From Trichosphaerium sp. ATCC 40318 (Eukaryota; Protista; Tubulinea): a stretch of 64,000 nucleotides of DNA. Both the position numbers and the translations under genes were made by a program. Below, in pieces: positions 49,717 to 60,841 of the stretch. The notes beneath the pieces are model-generated. The model was not told where the DNA came from, ran no database searches, and worked only from the letters and a program-made list of their open reading frames with translations. The stretch is from contig JALMLS010000328.1 of the NCBI GenBank assembly GCA_038496445.1, forward strand, positions 64,071-128,070, read 5' to 3'. Every line of letters starts with the position of its first letter. The stretch's first letter is position 1.

Positions 49717-50633
49717 TTGTCAAAAGATAACCTTAGCACAAGCAATCACTATGACAGATTCTTCACACGAACGTGCGCAACAAACTACTTTTTAGTTGTT
49801 TTAAAGCGTATTATACCTGCAACTGACTATAAATCGTTCGTAGAGGCTGTTCTACCTCCTGAAGTATTAATGGTTGTCTCTGAACACCTTGGCGTTGCTG
49901 ATTTTCTTTCGTTTTGCTCAATAAGCAAGTTTATAAGGTCTCTATGCCACCAAACGTTCGAAATAGGCAACGAGAGGCTATACAATTTCTTGGTTTACAA
50001 AAAGAAATACTATATAACTCTGAAACGACCTCAAACATGTATGTATAAGCTACCTGTGCGTAGTCCATGGAATAAAAGCGATTCAGACATGATAACTTAC
50101 TGGTACGATAAAAATAAAGCCAAAACACTTTTTGTGTTTTTTTATTGTTTCTTTTTTTAGACTTTTTTCTTTAAGTTGCAACGTACCTGCTTAAGCTAGT
50201 ATTTTGTTAAATAAACTGCTGTAGGTACAAAATAGAAGTCAATCCTTTGACTTTGTTTGTGAATAATGGAAATGGCACATTTTCCCGGACAACAGGACAC
50301 GTGTCACATCATGATAAAGCAGCTGTAAAACAGACACTGGTGCCATATGGCACGTGCTTTGGTTGTGAAGCTATGCAAAGAGATGACGGACGAGGTCTTA
50401 TTGATTTAAGAGATACTCCTTTCACAGTCGTGTCATCATTCACTCATGCTGGATGCTCCTCAAAAGGTTCTGCTGTAGTAAGTAATAACCAGCAAGTTAT
50501 ACGTTTAACTGGTGGCGGTTACTGTGGTTGGATTTCACCTGAAAAAGCCAAAAGCGAAGTTGAATCTTATTCTGGTGGTTGGTTCATTCAATTAGCCACT
50601 TTACCGCCAGAAAAGGGTTGCGGCATATCTTAG
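49717..50633 (+). CDS. F-box + GON-like domain protein; start uncertain
   Basis: LPPEVLMVVSEHL..LSFCSISK (F-box); TYW|YKIEVNPLTL...VPYGTCFGC...GRGLIDLRDTPFTV...QVIRLTGGGYCGWISP (GON-like). Confidence 0.72.
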
Positions 50634-50845
50634 ATGTTGTTTGAAATGCACAATAAATACTTCAAGCCCGTCATCGTGTCCGAGTTCTGCAAGTTAACTA
50701 TTCAACTTGGTTAACAACGACTTGTCTTTATTACTTCTTTAGTGCCACTAGTTCAACTTTGTTGCCAGGTTTATAGTAGCAATGACATTGACTGTTTATC
50801 AACTTGCTGCTATGGTACTTGTTGCAGTCTCCATAGTAAAGCACT

Positions 50846-51628
50846 ATGCAATGTTTCGTCCCAGCTCATGGCGTACTGCACCTTACAGACTTACCAATTG
50901 AAATAATAGCTCATATTCTCAAACAAGGCGCTTTTACACTCCATTCAGCACAAACTTGCCGCTTATTACGAGATATCGTCCACTACAATGTGGGATACGG
51001 GGTAATAAAGGTTAAAAGCAGTGACGAAATATCCGTTCTTTCTGGAAGCCCTTTACTCCGAAGTACCTCTATTTCTACTGCTTTGATATCAGCGTTTATC
51101 AGTGATAGTGATTTGTACTTACTGGAGGGTGTACGTTCTATTGATTTACAAGAAACAGATATTACAGACAATGGCTTGAAGATGTTGGCTGGAGTACATA
51201 CAATAAATTTGTCATGTTGCAGCTATGTAACAGATGAAGGTGTCAAGGCATTGGCTGGTGTACACACAATCGATTTATCGGTCTCTAGGGTAACAGATGA
51301 AGGCGTCCAAGCTTTGGCAGGTGTACACACAATTAACTTAGCAAATACTGTAGTAACAGATGAAAGCATGAAGGCTTTGGCTGGTGTTCATACAATCAAC
51401 TTGTCGTGTTGCTATAACATAACAGATTATGGAGTCAAGCATCTGGCTGGTGTACATACTATTGACTTAGAAAGTACATTGATTACAGATGAAGGTTTGA
51501 AGGAGTTAGTTGGTGTTCATACTATATCTTTAGCAAATACACAAGCAAGTAAAGTTGGTGTCAAGGTATTGATTGGTGTATGTAACGTTGTATGGGATAG
51601 TGATGTTGTTATAATCACAACTTTATGA
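50846..51628 (+). CDS. Intronless F-box-like + LRR protein
   Basis: LPIEIIAHIL; ~7 AGVHTI repeats; N-terminus nearly identical to the 41572-42729 protein. Confidence 0.9.
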   Translation: MQCFVPAHGVLHLTDLPIEIIAHILKQGAFTLHSAQTCRLLRDIVHYNVGYGVIKVKSSDEISVLSGSPLLRSTSISTALISAFISDSDLYLLEGVRSIDLQETDITDNGLKMLAGVHTINLSCCSYVTDEGVKALAGVHTIDLSVSRVTDEGVQALAGVHTINLANTVVTDESMKALAGVHTINLSCCYNITDYGVKHLAGVHTIDLESTLITDEGLKELVGVHTISLANTQASKVGVKVLIGVCNVVWDSDVVIITTL

Positions 51629-52006
51629 AATAGAGATGTCTTGTGTTTTCAGCTGCATTTCAACGCTCATCTCACCCTCTGTATCAAATGTTGCTGCTCA
51701 TAGTAAAAGATAGATTGCACTTAAGTGGTAAGGAGTATTTAGAGTATCATTTAGCGTAGTGAATGTTCATATCCGTCATTCTTTCAGATTAATATATCCA
51801 GAATTCTCCTTGACTAGTACCTGTAAAAACTTGTCCTATAGCCAGCTAAGTTACACTACTTTATTACTGAGTATGATTACCACTATTACGACTTATCTTG
51901 ATCACGCACTACAGATGACTTAAATACTTGTTTATTATTATCAAAACAAATCAATCTTATTTCTTCTTGCATCTCCCTAGTGTACACGTGTCTTTTTTTT
52001 ATTAAT

Positions 52007-54344
52007 TTAAATCAATGAGCGGGTTTTAAATTTGTATGTTTCAAGAACCTGTCGATTTATCTTCTTCTCGCCTACTCTTATGCTTTCCATTTGATTCTGA
52101 GTGATATTCTTTTAATAAATCAACAACACGACAATTCACTTTTGCTAGGTTATGTTTTATCTTTTTGAATTGGTTTATCTCAATATTGATAACACTAATC
52201 TCTAAATAATACACATTAATACATAGTGAGTGGAGTGGTCAGAAAGATAAGCACAAAGTTGTGTATTGGTAAATATTTTTGAATTCAAACAAATATGTCA
52301 TAATTTTAGGCAACTACAAGCACGCACGTGCGAGAATTTTCTTTTTTTAAAGTGTCACGATGTTTGATTATGCTCAACGTTGAAGTAACGTTCATCAAAC
52401 AAAGGTTCAACGGCAAATTTGCGAAAAAGAGTGTTGTAAGTTTTTTTTATCAACGTACTTTTTTTTGTTCCTGATGATTGTGCCAGGCAATAATTAGCTA
52501 TTTGAGCAACGAGATCATTTGAAGTCGTTCCATTAGAATCACATTTGATTTCACCAGCAGCTAGAACTTGTTGATAACAGTGTAATTTACCTAAAAGCCG
52601 AACATCTACAAGAGAATTAATATAAAACAAAAAACCAGATTGTCTTTTTCGGAAAAAAATCAGAATGACAGGCGGCTAAAACTCAATAGAAAGTTCGCTG
52701 GTTTATGTAATACAATAAATTAAGAGTAAAGATTATTAGAATAAGAAAAGAGCGAAAAAAACAAAGCCAAGTGTATTTGACAAAAGAACGAAAAACATTG
52801 AAAGAAAAGTGCTTTTTTTCTGGGTTTGTTTTTGCGTGCCTCTAAAAAACACAAAAGGTGCTGGCTCGTCCTTGACTGACATTCTATATATCCCAATGTC
52901 TGTAACAAACTCTTGTTTTGCTTGAAAATGTATATGCTTTACACGTGATACATCAAGTTTGTGGATTTCCAGAGAGAACATTATTTTCGTTACTTTGTAA
53001 TGACCTTGATATGCTTCATCCTTGATATGATGATGTATATTATCAACACCGCATATAGTATTCTTTAGTACTCTGTACTTATATAACAAATTTCTTAGCT
53101 GAAGCTTACGCTTCTTTATCAGCTCTAGTAATGAGAATAAGATGAGAAAATGGACAAGGACACGCGCTTTCATCAAAAAAGTTCTACAAAAAAAAAATTC
53201 GTTTGGCGTTCACATTGAAGTTGCGGTCTTAGACGCGCCCATATTTTGCATGTTGTGATGTCAATGTTAGGTTCGAGATAAAGTGTTGACAAAGAAAAGG
53301 AAAAAGGAAAGTTGAGATGAGTACCTTGAGCCCATTCTTTGCTTACATAATGTACGGCATACATTTTTAGTGTTTTTGAATCTCCTTTCATTGGCTTTGT
53401 TTTTCTTACACGCTGTACAACTCTTTATAAAATAACAATCATTATCATCAGTATAAACACTTAATTACAAAATCTATTAAATCTATAAAGTTTCTTACCT
53501 TTCACCTTGACGTTGGTACCACTTGTTGATTTTATAAAAATTTCTTGTTGTTGGTATTAATGTTTTTGTACCAGAATGACTTAAAGCCAAAACACGTGTT
53601 TCGAACGTCTCTGAATCAGTAATTACTAAATGGCGTACAAACTTGCCTAATATTATCAGTTATAATACTATTGTGTATTATCACGTGAATTTTATAAAAA
53701 AACACGTGATAACATACCGCTAGTTGGAGTCCAGAGTAAAATAAATTCTTCAACTGACATTTGAGAATTAGTAATTTTGTGTTTAACTTTATCGTTCTTC
53801 TGAGGTGGTACGAATAGGTGTATACACTTTGTGTCTTTGTTTGTTTGTAATGCAAGTATTATTTTATCTCTAGACGTAAGCTCGTAGGAGAGGTGGTGAT
53901 ATATATCTAGATAACTGAAAATAAAGGTAAACAAAAAAAATACTTCCGTTTCAAAAAACCAAAATTCGTTCGTACCCGTTTATTGCGTTCTGTAGAAACC
54001 GAGAGCACTCTTGTCTAGCTTGCTGAGACTGATGAAAATGAAAGCTAACCGCTCTGACTTGATCTAATCTATTAACCTACAAACAAGTCAGTAATCCGAA
54101 AAGACACTAAAAAAAAACCATGTGACTTGAAAACAAAACAAAAAAAAAGCCAAACAGCTGCGCTAAATGTTACAACACATAGTGGTTTTTTTACCTCTTT
54201 TGGTTCGGCATTATCGACTATACAATGCATCTGATGCCTCTTCCAATCAGATAATTGACATTGAGCAGAACAATAGTAAGCCATTTTACATGCTCCACAA
54301 CGTAAATCACCAGGATTGTAACAGAAATGGCATAATGGCAACAT
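52007..54344 (-). CDS. MYND zinc-finger protein, multi-exon
   Basis: CHFC...RCGACKMAYYCSAQCQLSDWKRHQMHC; downstream exons of unknown function; 3' end approximate. Confidence 0.75.
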
Positions 54345-55369
54345 TTCTTTTTCGCCTAGAAATTCTAATGTTAACAGAAATTTATTGTCGATAGCAAACT
54401 TTTTGTAAAAGCGTAATTCAGTTTTTATAAAGGACCGAGGTTTATTGACGTATATAGCGTACTAACCGCAATGGCAATCTCCAAAAGGGAAAAAAAAACG
54501 TGATTTACGAAAAAAATAAAAAAAAAAAGAAACGCCAACGCTTGTGAAAGCGAGGGTTAATGACGTATTGTATTTTGGTAGTAAAAGTGTGAAAATGGGT
54601 GAAATTGAATTAAAATACATGAACCGATAATTAATTGTAAATTTTCTATTCAAAACGTGGGGTATCACGTGTAGATTTAAAAAAAAGCCAAAAAGAATAA
54701 ATCATGTTTCAGTTGGGTTTTTTTTTGACTAGCGTCGCTTTATTTATAATACTAGGTCTTTATGTACCTTCTGCAGCCATATTCTATCCAGGTGTATTAT
54801 AAAAAAAGCCACGTGTTTTACCTAAGAGCGAAAGAAGCAGATTGTGAGCATCAATCAAAAAAAAACTAAATACGACTTTATATGACTAAACGCAGTAATG
54901 CTCGCAATCGAAACAATGTAACAGTACATCCAAGAGACTGTATATACCGTTTTAATTAAGCTTACTTTAGGTAAAAACAGTTCAACATATCACGTGGATT
55001 TGACAAAGGAAGTAGTTGTCGTTAAGCTATGTCGCCTTGTAGATTGCGTGCTTCTTTGGAATAACTACGCACTTAATTGACTATTCTCATAAAATTCTGT
55101 TTGTTCACTGTGGCTTTTATGATGTTATCTTCGTTGCTATTGCATGCCTGCTAGTGTTAGCATAAGTAGGCGTACTGCCCTGAGCGGATTTAGATAAGTA
55201 AGACAGTTATGAGCAAAAAACTTGCTTATTTATTTACAATTACAAAAAGAAGAAAGACAAGTAGTATGAACTTGTCACCTGTTTTTTTTCTATTCAAGGC
55301 TCATCTCCAAACAACAAAAAAAAAGAAATAAAATTCTGATTATTTGAAGAAGTATAAAAGCAATGCTCT

Positions 55370-56925
55370 TTAGAGAGGTCGACCAGGAGAATTAGGGACA
55401 GCTGAGGCGTAGTTCCAGTAAAACGACGACATGACATTTTTCAATTTTTCCTAAAAGTAACAAAAAAAGTTAGAACATGTCACCAATAGTTCACAGTTAT
55501 AAACTCAAAATATGGTGACTTGCGGTTAATTAAAAAAGTACAATTAAGCAGTAGCAATAGAAAACTACAAAGGTTTTGACATGACAAGATCACAAAAATA
55601 AAAATTCTGATGTCAAATAAAGCATGATAGTGCGTTTCACTCAAATTAAGCCAGGTAGCGTCAAAGAAGGTACCCAAGAAATGCGGGGTTTTGAGCTAAA
55701 ACTCAACGCTCAACTTGACTGAAAACAGCCCAAGCTTAAATTGACTGAAAGCGCACAAAATAACATAACTTCATTTTTTTTTCTCTGAGAAATGTTGACA
55801 ACCAGTACAACAGAAATGTAAAGAAAAAAACAGAGACGTACTTTGTCCTCAACAGTTGGTTCAGGTTCAGGTTCTTCTTTTGGCTTCTCAGTCTTTGAAG
55901 AATCATTTTGTTCTGTTTTAGACTTGCCAGCACCTTTAGGTGCTTTTTTTGTTTCTTCTCTTGCACTAGAAGGCGCACGAGGGCTAGGAGAAGGACTAGA
56001 TCTTGGTGTCTTCTCTTTAACAAGTCTAGGACTTGTTGACGGTTCTCTTGAACTCTTAGGTTGCTCTCGAGGTGATGGAGAAGGTGAAGGAGCTGGTTTT
56101 TTCTTTTGTTTTTTATGTTTTTTATGTTTTGGCTTTTCTGTCGGTGCCACAATACGTGGGGTTGTATCTATAGGTTCAACAGGTTCACTATCTTCTGAAG
56201 ATGCCTTTGGAGATGTCAAAGGAGTAGTATCCTCTGAACGTGCAGTAGAAGGCGCACTATCTTCATTTTGCTCCTCTTCATCAACCTTTCGCGCTGGTGG
56301 CTAAAATAAACACGTTAGTTAGTTTAAAGGTATTAAAGCGTACTGCTCGCTTTGGTCTTGGTCCATTAACGCCACCCTGAAGAAAGATTTAGCGAAAAAC
56401 GAAATAAACTCCGACTGTTTTATCGTGTTGAAAGTACTACCAAAACGTTCACTGCATTTGTTTTCGCTGTTACAAAAACTTTTCGGCCGTTTTGATTTAA
56501 AAGGCGTCAGAGTGTTTACCTTTTTTACTCCAGGGTTTGGTCCTCTTGCTGATGTTCTAGAACGCGAAGAGCTTGGGCCCTATTAACAAAGCTTAGACCA
56601 ATAATGTGCTTTGGAGTATTTTTCGTCGTGTATACACCAAACTTGGAATACAGTGACGCCATAACAACAGAAAGCGTGTCAATGATAAAGAGCGAAGTGG
56701 TTTGTTTGTGTCAAACCACGAGAAGCTTAAAAAACTTACTTGTGAACGCGGTGATGGTCCTAATTGCCTACCTATGCGGTTTTAGTACAAATCTTGGAAG
56801 ATAAAACACGTACGCTCTTTTTGAGTTTTGTCGATTTCTTTAAACTTGTTCAAAATTGAAGAGAAGTCCTTTTTGGAAGACTAGGGAGTAGTAAGTACTA
56901 CCACAGAGTACCCTTTACATACCAT
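55370..56925 (-). CDS. Low-complexity Ser/Pro/Lys/Glu-rich protein, multi-exon
   Basis: ATG|intron|SSKKDFSSILNKFKK..., large SPR-rich exon 55842-56301; 3' end uncertain. Confidence 0.6.
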
Positions 56926-57776
56926 TGTTTGGCGCTATGTATTTGTAATGGAATGACGTTGTAACTCGTTAAAACGCTGTCGGAAGGTCAATAAAACGTA
57001 TAGCCAACAATATTGTGCTTTTCACTAAAAAGGAAAACCGCGGGACGTACGTGTAAGACAAACACTTCGATTAGTTGCGTGTATCAACCTATTGACTGTT
57101 TGGCAAGGTTAAGATTGAACAAATGTTGACTTTGTTATGTCGCGATCTTACAAGCATTCAATTAGCACGTAGCATAAAGGACTGCATATTTAATACAAAA
57201 AACAGCGTTGTCTTGTTACAGTACATTTTTTTTTTTCGAAAGTGTTTCTGGGCGGCATCCAATACCCTCCCTGATGCTTTACACTTCCTAGAACGTACAA
57301 GTAGACTATGTGGTGTTCTTTATGACAACGAACTCTCCCTCATACCAAAAAAAAAAACGCATGGAAGCAAACCGCTTGTACAAGCATTGCAAGTACAAAA
57401 AAAACGTAAACCGTGAGGATTTGAGTATTTGCGTGAAGAGTACTAGAATCTACAGAGTTTTTCGTTCACCTATTCAAAAAGGGAATAAACAACTCTGGCG
57501 TAATTACGTTATTAATGGCAAGAACATCAACTACAATATTGCAATGAGTAAACGTCTCATTCATTCACAGGATTGCTATCAACTCTAGACACGTTGTTCG
57601 TAATAACTTTATCAAGTATTTCCGTTACGATTTTTTTTTACCTGTCAAACTCTGATCACGCGATCAAAATTTTGAGTCAAATCTCATTCCGTTGATACTC
57701 CTATTTTAACTGTTCCGTCTCAATTACGGCAATACCTCATCAAGCTACAAAAACGATCGTTGTACTATACTCTCAC

Positions 57777-58169
57777 ATGACACAGTGTAATCGAAAATCA
57801 ATGCTACCACGACAAGTCCGCAGCAACAGTCTCCCTCTATCAGCAACGAAAACAAGACTACAAACTATCCTAGTACCTTCTATAGACTTGGAGAACCTCC
57901 GAAAGCATTGTAGAGAGTGCAATGACTACAGAAACACTTTTTTTTTCTGTTCCTTTAAATGTAGACATAACTACGATGTAAAGAAGAGAAATGCGATGGT
58001 TCCAAAAGAAAGATTATTAACACAAACACATGTACGAAAACACGCCGATGAACGTTGGCTTGGTGTAAAAAAAGAATCAACAGAAAATCAAACAACGAAA
58101 TTGAAAGGTACAATTGTTGTTGGTAAGCGCTTGGAACGACAACTAAGCATGGAAAGGCACTTTGAGTAG
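57777..58169 (+). CDS. Small intronless protein with an FCS-type zinc-finger-like motif
   Basis: CRECNDYRNTFFFCSFKC; AATAAA after the stop. Confidence 0.55.
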   Translation: MTQCNRKSMLPRQVRSNSLPLSATKTRLQTILVPSIDLENLRKHCRECNDYRNTFFFCSFKCRHNYDVKKRNAMVPKERLLTQTHVRKHADERWLGVKKESTENQTTKLKGTIVVGKRLERQLSMERHFE

Positions 58170-58737
58170 TGGTATGTATTTTAGTAGTACAATAAATTGT
58201 AAAATAAGAGTTAGTATGATAAATAATAAATGTATAACACGTTCATAAACAGTATCGAGGTTGAGTTGCAAAAAAAAAACATGTGCTATTTTCTGAAAAA
58301 ACAATTTTCAGCTATTGACAGGCTAATACTAATGCTATACACGCATTCAACTATCGCGATTAATACTGTAGATATCAGAATATAGACCGATTTTATGATG
58401 TGAGGATGTCGTCATCAAAACAAGAACGAAGAAGACTTCGTCTAAATATAGAAAAAAAAAAAACTGCATTTGTAACATTCATGTGACTTTTAATGTCAAA
58501 AATCCATTTCTCCATTATTTCGGCCAAATCCGCACAAAAAACGTTGTGTTTTTTACTGTTATTAATGTACAGGCTAATTATTTACAAGTTTTTTTCCTTT
58601 TTTTTTGTTTTCCTTTCTAGTTTCTTTTTTGACGCTACCAACCATAAAAACTACATTTTTATAGTATGTTGACGGTCATGCCGATACTTTTTCTTTAACC
58701 TTTTTTCTTTTTTTTTTTTTTTTTGGTCATTTTTTTT

Positions 58738-60738
58738 CTATTTTTTAGATTCACTCTTTTTAGACCGTTTCTTGGCCCCTAACTTTTTTAAGAGATGACG
58801 CATCCATCTAGCAACATCCAGATCCTCGGTTTCGTATTTTTTTATAAAGCTACTCTCCTACAAAAGGCATTAAGCCGAAGATAGATTCCTTAAAGAAAAA
58901 GGAGAAGATTATCAAAACTCTTGTAGTAATGTTTGTTTTAACTAATATACTAACGTACCAACAACGTCGCACAATCAGGTCGCTTCTCATCCTCAGCGTT
59001 TAAGCTAAGGTATTAGTTAAACACATTGTACAACAGAATAAAATAAAATACAATAAAATTACAATAAAATAATCAAAGCATCTCCGTCAAAGGTTCAAGT
59101 ATTTAGTGCTTGATAACGTACCACTCAACAAAGAATGCACAAAATTCCTCGGAAAATTTATCCGCTGGTAAAGTTGGTGGTGGTTTGTGTACAATCTGTT
59201 GATAACAAAAAGTTAGAAAAAAATGAACTGCACAAAAAAAAATTTCCGCCGTACTGTTTGCATTGTATCCCATAACGTTGGTTCATTATCCTTCTCATCA
59301 CCCTTTAATATAAAATCAGAATTAAATCTGTAAAGTTCATTTAAACACGTGATTGCTCTTTTCAAAAAAAAGATTGCAATAAGTGAGAAACACACCTCAG
59401 AATTCCTGTATGGGAAATATCCAAGCGCTGCCTCTCCAATTGTAAGTCCGAGACTCCATATGTCAGTTTTTGAACTGTGTTCTTTGCCTTGGATTCTGCT
59501 AGGCTATGCAAAGTAAGAAACCAACATCACAAAGGTTTAGTTGTTGATAGTAGAAAAACCCAAATGATCATAACCTAAGTCTACTTAATCACGCACCGAC
59601 ATGTATCGTATTGTGCCCACAAATGTTCTAGCTACCTCCTAAATTATATGAGACACTTAGAGCATATTTCAGAGTAGTGATGACGCCAAAATTGTTCAAT
59701 GAAATAAAACAGTTTCAGTTCTCAAAAAAAAAAAAAAGTGCGTACGTGAGTATGCGCTAGTTCGCCACTAACACCGAAATCAGTAATCTTCAAAATTCCC
59801 TTAGTGTTTACCAATATATCTCGATATGTTAAGGATCCATTAAAAGTAGCTCAAGGCCACAAAAAAAAAGAAAAGAGAAGAAACAATTTTGCACAAAAAA
59901 AAAGGATACTGCTCGGTTTAATATCCCTGTGAATGATATGCAGCTGTGTGTGAAGATAATGTAACCCTTGTAGAAGCTAATAGACATTAAATCAAGTCCA
60001 AGGCGGGGTTTTTGACAAAACTGCTGTCCGTTGTTTTTTCTAATTTTCTACGATCGGCTGTGCCATCGTAGCTGGTTTTCCCTCGAAATATCTGTATTTT
60101 ACCTGCGACGTGATTTTTGACAATACATTTTCTGGAATGGGCCCATTGCGTTTTACCACGTCCCCCAAGGTACCACAGTCCATATATTCAAGAAGAAATA
60201 ACAGTTTGGCATCATAGTAGAAAGCACCATAAAACTTTACAATATACTTGTGTTTTGAAGCGTGAAGCGTCTATGAGTATGTGAGTAGGGTTTTTTTCAG
60301 GCGTGATAAACCGTACACGAAGTTCGACAAGTTTTTTCCCAAGCGTTTGTTCTAGCATAGGATCTATTGTCATAATCTATTAAGATCACATTAGCTACTT
60401 GGTTATGTTTCGGATGTTCTTGCCTTTACAGCAATGACTTTTTTCGTTTTCGTATGCCTGTATTTTTTAACGACCGCAAAGGTACCTTCTCCAAGATCTT
60501 TATGCATATCTTCTAGGTCTTCGAGTGATTCCACAAACGACGCTTGTTTACCGTTCACGCGGAGCCCTGTTTTACCAATGGACACCATTGTACCATCCTG
60601 GTCATATGTCAAAGAACCATCAGCGCTACTATAGGCCGTTTAGAGAGTGTTGGGCGAGATCACGCACTGGAATTGATCAATGGCAACAGCGGCACTCTCA
60701 GTATCTAAAGACCCTTTAAAGCGAGCGAAACGCTGCAT
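58738..60738 (-). CDS. MAP kinase kinase (STE7 family), multi-exon
   Basis: [70 protein letters not shown]; activation loop T-x5-T. Confidence 0.92.
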
Positions 60739-60841
60739 TTAGCTATCAATTACAAAAGCGTTTGCTTTTGTTTCAGCGAAGTCACACTTTTTCTAACAAT
60801 CAACGCCATTATTAATAATAAAGTGCGACAAGCTTGATACT

